From Octopus sinensis (Eukaryota): a stretch of DNA of 33,000 bases. The position numbers and the translations under genes were made by a program. Within the stretch, counting starts at the first letter, position 1; each line of letters opens with the position of its first letter. Below the pieces are notes generated by a model, which did not search any database, was not told the origin of the DNA, and was given only the letters and a program-made list of their open reading frames with translations. Positions 23,679 to 33,000 of the stretch are shown one piece after another. Location of the stretch: the NCBI RefSeq assembly GCF_006345805.1, contig NC_042997.1:19933001-19966000 (forward strand). The letters run 5' to 3'.

Positions 23679-23774
23679 GCACACGATCTTAGATCAAATC
23701 ACTCGCTATGCAATTACATCTCCGTAATATCTATATATTTATACTTAAAAATTCATCATCTGAAAGTCTCTGCC

Positions 23775-23900
23775 TTTTGCTTTCTCTCATTTTGCATGTA
23801 TACCTAAATACATATTTTGTATTTCATATCCAAACAATTATATTTAATTTATTTAATATATTTAATGTATCTATTTTGCTTATTTGCATAATTGCCTCTA
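23775..23900. repeat. Uninterrupted homologue of the 1000-1290 repeat
   Basis: Direct alignment across the RTE-tail insertion point of the other copy. Confidence 0.65.
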
Positions 23901-24049
23901 TACCCACTCAACTCGATCCCTCTTATACCATTTCTGTGCTTTGTGGAATGATCCCCTGTAAAGACATTGGAGTCTAAGATTGAATCATTAGAGCACTAAA
24001 TGTCTTCTATGTGGAGAATTACTAGATCTCATCTATGGACTATATATAC

Positions 24050-24052
<3 letters not shown>

Positions 24053-24098
<46 letters not shown>

Positions 24099-24365
24099 TG
24101 TATGTGTGTGTGTGTATGTGTATGTGTGTGTGTGTGTTTATGTGTGTATTTGCATTTGTGTTTGTATCCCCATAACCACTTGACAATTGGTGTTAGTTTG
24201 TTTATGTTCCTATACCTGTAATTTAGTGGTTTGGCAAAAGATCATCTGAACAAGTACCAGACTTTAAAAGCATGTACTGGTGTCAATTTATAGACTAAAA
24301 CACCTTCAAAGCAGTGCCCCAGCATGGCCACAGTCTAATGACTGAAACAAGTAATAGATAAAAAA
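24053..24365 (+). mobile_element. (TG)n tract plus SINE family A 3' half
   Basis: Long (TG)n at 24053-24145, then the cacttgacaa.tggtgtt...ccagcatggccacagtctaatgactgaaacaagtaa module. Confidence 0.75.
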
Positions 24366-24408
24366 TGAAGAATTTTTAAAACAACAATTAATATTTAAGT
24401 ATTTATTA

Positions 24409-24620
24409 AGGCAGTAACCTGGCAGAATTGTTAGCACACCAGGTAGAATGCTTAGCGGCATTTTGTCTGTCTTCATGTTTTGAGCTAAAATTCTGCCAAG
24501 GTTGACTTTGCCTTTCATACTTTTGGAGTTAATAGAATAAGTAAGAGTTAAGTACAGGGGTTGATGCAATCAACTTAACCCCTCACCCAAAACTGCTGGC
24601 CTTGTACCAAAATTTGAAAT
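24409..24620 (+). mobile_element. SINE family B with 17 bp TSD
   Basis: TSD tatttaagtatttatta at 24392-24408; the right copy (24624-24630 plus 24843-24852) is split by a MITE. Confidence 0.85.
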
Positions 24621-24630
24621 CAGTATTTAA

Positions 24631-24838
24631 CCCTTTCATTACTGTATTTATTTTGAGATGCTCTGTGTTTCTTTCAATTACTTTAAATATAACAAAGAAT
24701 TTAGTAAAATAACTTAGTTATCATTCAGCTAGTGTTAGGAACATAAATTGCGACTAAGGTTTGGTGGAAGATTTAAGAAAACAAGACATTTGTACAACAG
24801 AGCCAGAGCCGGTTTCAGCCAGGTTGGTAACGAAAGGG
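24631..24838. mobile_element. piggyBac-type MITE, family 2
   Basis: TTAA|CCCTTTCATTAC...GTAACGAAAGGG|TTAA; the interior is unrelated to family 1. Confidence 0.88.
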
Positions 24839-25425
24839 TTAAGTATTTATTATATTCCTTATCTCTTTAGACACTTATGTAGTATCTTCCCAAATAGTTC
24901 TTTTCTCTAACAAGTATTCTTCCTTTAAGTGTTTATTGGTTGCAATGATATATTATTCTGAATATGCATGTGTTTTCTGATATTGTTTAGGAGAAGGAAA
25001 ACCAATGGCTTTTAAATGAATGGCTTCTATATGTGGCCATCAGACCTCTTAGACTCAATCTATATCTTTCACATTTGAAAATTTCAAGCAGTTCTATTAT
25101 TCAAATACACATTTTTTTGAATATGAGTATAAAAACGAAATGCAGATAAACTACTTATTTTACAAATAGAACAAATAAATGAAATATATAACTATGTTTT
25201 AAGCTTAGATATTCATTGATCAGAATTAATCTACAATGAATGTTATTTTTCTGACTTCAGTAGTTGAATGAATAAATGAGAATTCTTTTATCAAGAATGT
25301 TAAATATTTCCTGCTGGTGCTTAAAATGGCACCATGAATATATTCCACTAGAAGTATACTTGTATAGAGTTATGACAAAAGCTAAGTACTTTTCTCAGCA
25401 ATTAACGTTTCTTGCATAATTATAA

Positions 25426-25946
25426 TCTATATATATGAAACTGTAGTTGTGTGAGTATCTGTCCCCTTCGATTTAGATTCCTAACTACTCCCACATTTTG
25501 CGGTGCAGTTAAACCAAATTCGGGTATCTTATAGTCGTGATTCATATCGAGCCCGTCTGAGTATTAGCGAGCGTCTACGATGAGTCTATGATTTTAAAAA
25601 TAATTTAACATAATTTTTTATTCCATTTTAATGCATAATTTTTCGTGTGTCGATGGCGGTGGAGTTGGCGTCCATGGTCACACCTGCACCTGTTTGCTTC
25701 TCCCCTTTCTTCCCTCCCTCGTGAAGCTGTGGGGAAGGGAGTGTAAGGAAGGGAGTGTAAGGGAGTCGTAAAGCGTTGTCAAGGAGACCAGCGTTCTTTT
25801 AGAACAACGACTTCATGGCTTGAAGACACCAAAACAGAAATGGCTAAGAAAGCCCGAATTGGCATCTATAAGGGAAGTAACTCTCTAAAAATGCTTATAT
25901 AGTTATTTCCCTTACAAATCCGATCAACGCCGGGCAATACTGCTAG
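25426..25946 (+). mobile_element. Non-autonomous Helitron (long form)
   Basis: A|TC start, subterminal hairpin ccg.tcaacgccggg, CTAG|T end, no TSD. Near-identical to 28146-28446 apart from a ~220 bp internal segment. Confidence 0.88.
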
Positions 25947-26139
25947 TATAAATATAAAACTGTATGTAAGCAAGTTTTACAATAAGTGCACTGCACCTCT
26001 GCACATTGTAAAGAGAGATTAAAAGGGTTTACAACAGGAAGAACATCTAATTGTAGAACACTAATTCAAACTTGGACCCCTCAAGTCAAGCCAGTATATA
26101 GATATACATACATATATACATTACAGATATATGCACAAA

Positions 26140-26318
26140 TACACACACACACACACACACAGTGGGCTTCCTTGCATTTTTTGTCAACCAAATTCATTTG
26201 TGAATTTTTGTTCAGCCTGGGGCTCTAGTAAAAGACAACTGCCCAACTCTTCACACAGTGGAACTGTACCCCAAACTCCACAGTTTCAAAGCAAGCTTCT
26301 TAACCATACAGCCATACC
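26140..26318 (-). mobile_element. SINE family A-related 5' half
   Basis: Reverse-complement match to 31657-31830. Confidence 0.8.
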
Positions 26319-26491
26319 TAGAGACAAATTTATTTTCCATTGGTGATGAATGCCAGAATCTTATTGTGGCTCAGGAGTAAATGGGGAAATTTATTGCAGG
26401 ACTTTGTAAATAGTACACCTAACAACAAATTATCTTAGAATTTCTTTTTGTAGTGTTGCTTGTGTGATGATGAGCCATGTCTCATGTGGCA

Positions 26492-27550
26492 CATCATCAT
26501 CATCATCATCATTTAATGTCCATTGTCCATACTGGCATGGGTTGGACAGTTTGACCAGGGCTGGCAAACTGGAAGGCTGCACCAAACTTCAGTTGTTTTG
26601 GCATGGTTTCTATAGTTAGATGCCCTTCCTAATGCCAACCACTCCATGAGTGTAATGGGTGCTTTAACATGGCACTAGCATAGGGGCTATTTAGATGACA
26701 TCAGTATCTGCCACGACTGCACATTTATTTGGCTTGATGGGTCTTCTTCTCAAGCATGGCAAAATGCCAAATGGACTCAGTCATTACCTTGAAGCCCAGC
26801 ATAATGCCAAATTTTTTTAGTCCTTACCTCTGTGAGGTCCAATACACAAAAGGTGTTTTTATGTGCCACCAACACAGGTGCCATTTGTGTGACACTGCTA
26901 TCTGCCATGACTGTAATCTTACTTGGCTTGATGAGTCTTCTTCTCAAGCACAACATAGTACCAAACGTCTCGATCAGTGCCTCTGTGAGGCCTAACATTC
27001 GAAAGGAGATCAACCACTTTGTATCCGTGAGGCTCAATGCTTGAAATGTGCTTTTTATGTGCCACTTTCACTGGTACCAGTTACATGACACCAGAATCAG
27101 CTATGACTGCAATTTCTCTTGACTTGACAGGTCTTCTCATGCACAGCATATCACCAAAGGTCTCGGTCACAAGTCATTGCCTCTGTGAATCCCAAAGTTT
27201 GGTGATCATGCTTCACTATCACGTCCCATGTATTCCTGAGGCTACCTCTTCCACAGGTTCCCACAACAGTTAGGGATTGGTACTTCTTTACACAGCTGTC
27301 CTCATCCAGACACATCACATGACCATACCAGCACATTCATCTCTCTTGCTCACCACATCTGATGCCTCTTATGCCCACTTTTCTCTCAAGATGCTTACAC
27401 TCTGTCAAACACGCACACTGACATTGTACATATAGCAAAGCATGCTGGCTACATTTTTCTCATGCCTATGCTTGTTCTCGACTGTCACAGCCCATGTTTC
27501 ACTGCCATGTAACATAGCTGTTCACACACCGAAATCATACTATCTGGCCC
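26492..27550 (-). mobile_element. Decayed RTE LINE 3' portion with reiterated ORF-end/UTR units
   Basis: TAMLHGSETWAVT...ASML...GIRGIRCGEQER*MCWYGHVMCLDEDSCVKK...CGRG..RNTWD..VKHD..TLGFTEAMTCDRDLW; (CAT)n tail at 26492-26512. Confidence 0.88.
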
Positions 27551-28145
27551 ATGTCTTGAAAAATGCTACTCATACCTGATTATGTCAAATGATACTCAAT
27601 GATGAAATATTCACACTCAATTTTATTGTATGTTTTATTCTTGATTCTATGGAATTCATATGCAACAGCCTTTCACTTCATTCTCATGTTATCTTATTGT
27701 GAAACCTAATTCTTCTGAAATTAACATAATTACTGCTTTCTCAGTTTTCTTTGATTCACTGATACAGCCTATATACCAGAAAATTAAATTAAGGTCTTTA
27801 CATAATCCTTTAAATACTTAATTCTAATCTTGAAGCATTTACACAAAATTCAGGACTTCCATGTCAATGATTTGAATCTCATAATTGAATCTAATGAAGT
27901 TTCAAGTTATAAAAAATCTAGATTGAATGTGACTATCCCTTCACTTAAAATTTTGGCTTTGGTGAAGTGATCTTATTAATATATATAAGAATAATTGATA
28001 TTACTAATGAGTGAGAAAACTCTAGATATCTTTGGTAAAATTACCTCGAGTATAAGGCACCCAAGTATGAACATACATGTAGACACACACAAACACACAC
28101 GTGCACACACACACACACACACTCTCATTCACTTTCTCACTCACA

Positions 28146-28446
28146 TCTTTATATATAAAAGTGAAGTTGTGTGAGTGTCTGTCTCCTACGATTTAGATTC
28201 CTAACTACTCCCACATTTTGCGGTGCAATTTAACCAAAAGCGGGTATCTTATAGTCGTGATTCATATCGAGCCCTTCTGGGTATTAGCGCACGTCTACGA
28301 TGAGTCTACGATTTAAAAAAAATTTACCATCCTTTTTTCCCATTTTTAATGCATTTTTTTGCTATTATATAAGGGAAGTAACTCTCTAAAATGCTTATAT
28401 AGTTATTTCCCTTACAAACCCGAGCAACACCGGGCGATACTGCTAG
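28146..28446 (+). mobile_element. Non-autonomous Helitron (short form, 301 bp)
   Basis: A|TCTTTATATATAAAAG...cccgagcaacaccggg cgatactgCTAG|T. Confidence 0.9.
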
Positions 28447-28767
28447 TACAATATAAAATAATCACACCTGTATACACAGGCTGATATCAATGTTATATCT
28501 GTGTCTGAGTAAGTGTGTGTAAGTATACTTCCTGAACAGATCTTGTCATGGTAAACATAAACATGCTTACAACTCAAAGTATTTAATGAAAATAGTTTAA
28601 TGATGGAAGGAAGAAAAGAAAATTACATATTGCAAATAAATTGGGAACAGGTCTACTACTTTTTCAGAAATGCCAGTCAACATCACTTCTTTCTTCGATA
28701 TTCCTTCACAACAAGAACATTGATTTTAAGAGAAAAGAAAAATGAATAAAGAAATAAAAATACTTAC

Positions 28768-28883
28768 AAGCAAAGAAAAACAAAATAGTATAACAGACTG
28801 GAATATCTGCAATGATGTTGAAAATAGAAGCATCTGAAGAATAAATAATTGCGAGCATCAGAATCAGAAAATACTGCTTGTAT
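28768..28883 (-). CDS. Candidate internal exon (116 bp, hydrophobic reading frame), unverified
   Basis: ctattgtctAG| acceptor and CTT|GTAAGT donor; two frames are open, one reading YKQYFLILMLAIIYSSDASIFNIIADIPVCYTILFFFA. No recognised homology. Confidence 0.2.
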
Positions 28884-29362
28884 CTAGACAATAGGGCTCA
28901 TAATTTTCTATAACAGTCAAGGAACTGGCAAGAAATAGCGTTAACGAGTAAGACACTAAAGGTGAAAAAATAATAGAAAACAAACAAATTTAAAACAAAT
29001 TAGTTCTAGAAATAAAAAGAAACATAAATTAGATGCAAATATTTTAACGAAAATTGTAATACATTAACACTTCATAAGAATATTGCAACAAGTGGTTTGT
29101 AGTAATATATGGCTCAGTCAAGTATACCAGAAATAGCTAAATATTGTGTTATTCTACAATGTATGATAATAGAGTAATAGACAGTAAAATAATATTGGGT
29201 AGATAGATATTTTAAATGAACAATTCATTTTGTTTTTGTTTTTTTCCCTAATTTTAAATAACTCTAGAGCAACCTATTAAAAAAATTTAACTTAGCAATT
29301 AAGAAATAGAAATGAAACATATGAGAGAAAGAAAATGAAAATATGAAATTTAAGAAAATATA

Positions 29363-29743
29363 TCTCTCTAAATATAAAGCTGAAGTTGTCTGTGTATGGC
29401 AGGTTTGGTAACCTTCAACTAACACTATCTCCTCCAAGATCCTGCAGCACAAGTTGACCAAAATTGAAAGTATGATAGAACAAGGCTAGTTCTTCCTTCC
29501 GTAGAAAAAAAATTAAAATTGGACCATGTTAACACCAAAAATTATTTACATCAAACAGGTGCTTTTTTTCTATGAAAATCCTGACTTTTTGACTGCTATG
29601 TCGCCATTTTTCGGTGTATTTCAACCAGAAAAATGTTCACTTAAAGAGAATAACAAGCTACATAATGCAAAATTTTTACTTTTCAAAAATTCCAATTCTA
29701 AAGGGTCGAAACAAACCCGAGCAATGCCGGGTGATACTGATAG
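29363..29743 (+). mobile_element. Non-autonomous Helitron with a third interior
   Basis: A|TCTCTCTAAATATAAAGCTGAAGTTG start; caaacccgagcaatgccgggtgatactgATAG|T end (CTAG mutated). Confidence 0.78.
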
Positions 29744-31018
29744 TATATATAAAAATTACATAAGTGTTGTAGGCTATAATTGAACTTACATTTCCTACTA
29801 AATTCCGAAGTATATAACGTTCATACTAAGGTTATAAATGAGTTAACTATGTAGCAACTAACAACTTGTAAGCTATGCATTGGTAATAAATCTTCTGCAT
29901 TTCTTCTACTTGTAATTCAGAAAAGTAAATATATAAATGATTAAGTGCTTTAAGGTACAAATTTGGTCTACACCAGGCTCTCTCTTTTCATATACTATTC
30001 AATGGACTTTGAGTGTTTCGTGTTTAAACACATGAATACTGTTTTAAAAAATATAATACAATTCAAAGCTTCAAGACATTTCAATTAAATAGATTATTTG
30101 AATTAGCTAATCATAACTGGAATTTATATCAATCATTGAAGAATGTTATAATGCCATAGTAGTGTAGAAAGTAATGAATAATCTTGCAAGTGCCATGTTC
30201 TATACATAATTGCTTACGTCAGAGGGGAGATATACATTTGCATTATAGATAAAGATTAGGTTTTGTTTCTGTGATTATATACATTAATCATTCTCCCATG
30301 AGAGTCAATATTTAAACAACAGCTATTTCTAACATATCAATGATCTCTATCAAAACCTATAAATTTTCTGCATCTCGTCTTTGCTGATAATAATACTCTA
30401 TTAAAGAATTTCTCAAATATAGCAAAACAAATTAATATAGATATCAAGCTTCCTTGTTTTGCTTATACAAAATGAATCTTAATTTGTAATATTTCATCAG
30501 AAACACAAACTCTGCACAGCAATGAAAACAAAGTATCACAATACCAATTTATTTCATAAATTTTCAAAAATAAATTAAGTTTTAGCATGCTATTTTACAC
30601 ACAATTTTATATACACATACACACACATACAATATATATATGTATATATTATATTATATCATATATGTTATATATCATATGTTATATATTTTCCTTGTCT
30701 AGATAAGCAACAATAATTATTACCTTGGTGATACATATCTCAATAAAGTTGTTTGAGTAAACGAATCTCCTAAAGCCACATGATTTGATCAAGTTGAAAT
30801 CACATCAATATGTCTAGCTGCAGGCACACAGAGTTAAAAGTCTTGTTGATAGACAGTATATAATATGTTACAAATATCATAGTCACAAGTTCAAATTTCA
30901 CTGCCCTGTCTTATAATTGAATAAATTTATGAAAAGTAACCGCAATGCTGGAAATGTCAATTTTTACTTCATAATGCTTGATTACATAACATGTTTGTGG
31001 CATAAATCCACTATTTAA

Positions 31019-31568
31019 CCCTTTAGTATTTGCATTACTCTGTCAAATGTGGAGGTGCAATGGCCCATTGATTAGGGCAGTAGATTCGCAGTCAGAGGAT
31101 CATGGTTTCGATTCCCAGACCGGGCGTTGTGTGTGTTTATTGAGCAAAAACACCTAAAAAGGCTCTGGTAGGGGGTGGTGGTGACCCCTGTTCTACTCTT
31201 TCACGACAACTTTCCCTTACTCTCTCTTTCTGTTTCTTGAGTAATGCTCCGATGGACTGGCATCCCGTTCAGCTGGGGGGAATACATACGTCACAGAAAC
31301 CGGGAAACCAGGCCCATGAGTCTGGCTAGGCTTGAAAAGGGTGACGTTTATCGTTTTTTTTTTATTACTATGTGAAATCTAATGCTTATTTATTCGCAGT
31401 CTCTTCAACTAATCATTTATCATCTTGTAGCAGTGAGATTTCAATGATGTGATTGTATACTTTCAAAACGATGTTGTAAGTTAGGTGTGAGAGGCAGGAT
31501 CTGGCCAGTTTGAATATAAAAGAGGTTGACTATTTGAGCTGGATGTGGCCAGTTTAAATGCTAAAGGA
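31019..31568. mobile_element. piggyBac-type MITE family 1, interrupted by a SINE
   Basis: TTAA at 31015-31018 and 31569-31572; after removing 31051-31380 the body aligns with 3821-4036. Confidence 0.85.
31051..31363 (+). mobile_element. SINE family C inserted in the MITE
   Basis: Homologous to 22601-22916; degenerate 17 bp TSD attactctgtcaaatgt (31034-31050) / attactatgtgaaatct (31364-31380). Confidence 0.88.
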
Positions 31569-31656
31569 TTAAATGTGATTACTAATTTCCCCATTTACTC
31601 CTGCGCCACACTAAGATTCTGACATTCATCACCAATGGAAAATATATTTGTCTCTA

Positions 31657-32226
31657 GGTATGGCTGTATGGTTAAGAAGCTTTCTTTGAAACTGTGGGGT
31701 TTTGGATTCAGTTCCACTGTGTGAAGACTTGGGCAATTATCTTCTAGTAGAGCCCCAGGCTGACCCAAAATTTGCAAATGAATTTGGTTGACAAAAAATG
31801 CAGGGAAGCCCACTCTCTGTGTGTGTGTATGTGTGTGCGTGTATGTTTGTGCGTATACATATGTATATCTTTATCTATATGTTTGTATGTGTATATACCT
31901 GTATATGTGTATGTATGTATATATATATATATATATATACATACATATATGCATACGCCCACACACACACACTCACAAACATATATGTATATATATATAT
32001 ATATATATTTATGTGTGTGTATGAGTTTGTATCCCACCACCACTTCATAATTGGTGTTGGTTTGCTTATGTTCCCCCATGATTCAGTGGTTTGGTAAGAG
32101 ACAGAATGAATATGGAACCAGTCTTAAAATAAACACTGTAGTCAATATTTTCAACTGGACCATGCAAGATGGTGCCCCAGCATGGCCCCAGTTTAGTGAC
32201 TGAGACTAGGAAAAGCTGAAAGATAA
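31657..32226 (+). mobile_element. SINE family A-related, full length with expanded internal microsatellite
   Basis: tRNA-like head, ~200 bp (TG)/(TA) tract at 31815-32020, and 3' module ccccagcatggcc..agt.tagtgactgag. Confidence 0.8.
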
Positions 32227-33000
32227 ACCCAAATATAAAAATCTACTTAGATCTGTTGTCATTCTTTCCAATTTTCAAACCTAAAAAATTTTGATTATGC
32301 TAAAGTTTAAAAATGTTTTCTAAATGTAAGTTTCTAAACATATGTGCATATTATAACAACACTAAGAAATGCAAAGCTACAATATTTCAACTTTCAAATG
32401 TTATGTTTAACTGAAAGAGTTTGTGCTTTCAAAAAGACTAGATGAAGAACAAAACACATCTAAAATCCTTGATGATATTCTGTAAAATAAAAAATAATTT
32501 TAGAAAGCTGAAGTTTTAACAAAGATTACCTAATTAGTTACTGATAAAAATAGTCATGTCAGGACATTTACAATATTCAAATATTCAATATTCAAATGCT
32601 AAAATTTTCTGCAATAAATTGTAATAATAAAGGCAAATACACTTAAAAAGTGGAAAGTATGAAAACTTAGTAATCCACTTTGGTAACATATAACATGATT
32701 AGTGTAAATGTCAGGAGAAAATTCTAAGAAAATATTGAAATATGACTGTTACCAAGTTTTAAATAATATATAAATATTAATGTTTGGAATATCAAAATTG
32801 TAATATTATGTAATTCCATAAATAATAGGATTTACAAATAATAGCAGTAGTAGAAATAGACTCTTAGTTTTGAGACAAATATTTCACCCTATACTTATAT
32901 ATGGACTTTTATAAGAAGCTTCAGATTTTACTTGTTAAAGCTGTATTTCATGGATGAGTGGTTAAGGAGGTCACATCCCAAACATGAACCACTGTGTGGC

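Noticed and set aside
28800-28860. GPCR TM3-like or Cys-loop M1-like words (DASIFNIIA)
   Set aside because: No DRY-like motif or other family context; a short hydrophobic coincidence.
1539-32097. ORF-track entries rich in IY, TH, CV or HT dipeptides (e.g. 1539-2078, 9760-10042, 18823-19450, 22798-23049, 24000-24221, 31744-32097)
   Set aside because: They are translations of (TA)n/(TG)n microsatellites and SINEs, not proteins.
1-33000. CRISPR arrays, operons or a prokaryotic/viral gene system
   Set aside because: There is no repeat-spacer array or dense long ORFs; every long-range repeat is explained by eukaryotic TEs or local duplications.

Overview
AT-rich eukaryotic intronic/intergenic DNA made almost entirely of transposable elements and microsatellites. 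The SINE families, RTE LINEs with (GAT)n tails and dense (TA)/(TG) tracts resemble octopus (coleoid cephalopod) genomic DNA; this is recognised from memory, not from a search. I cannot confidently identify any host protein-coding gene, and most ORF-track entries are microsatellite or antisense artefacts. Well supported: two decayed Penelope-like GIY-YIG endonuclease fragments; RTE pieces from two families, including a young 5'-inverted copy with a target-site duplication (TSD); four non-autonomous Helitrons with shared ends but different interiors; three piggyBac-type TTAA MITEs; several foldback/TIR elements; and about a dozen tRNA-derived SINEs of three families, with resolvable nested insertions. 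A CpG-rich promoter-like block lies at about 6.3-6.8 kb. I found no evidence for a novel multi-gene system. The best leads are unusual element architectures, an unclassified ~520 bp repeat and weak candidate exons. Coordinates were read by hand and may be off by a few bases.
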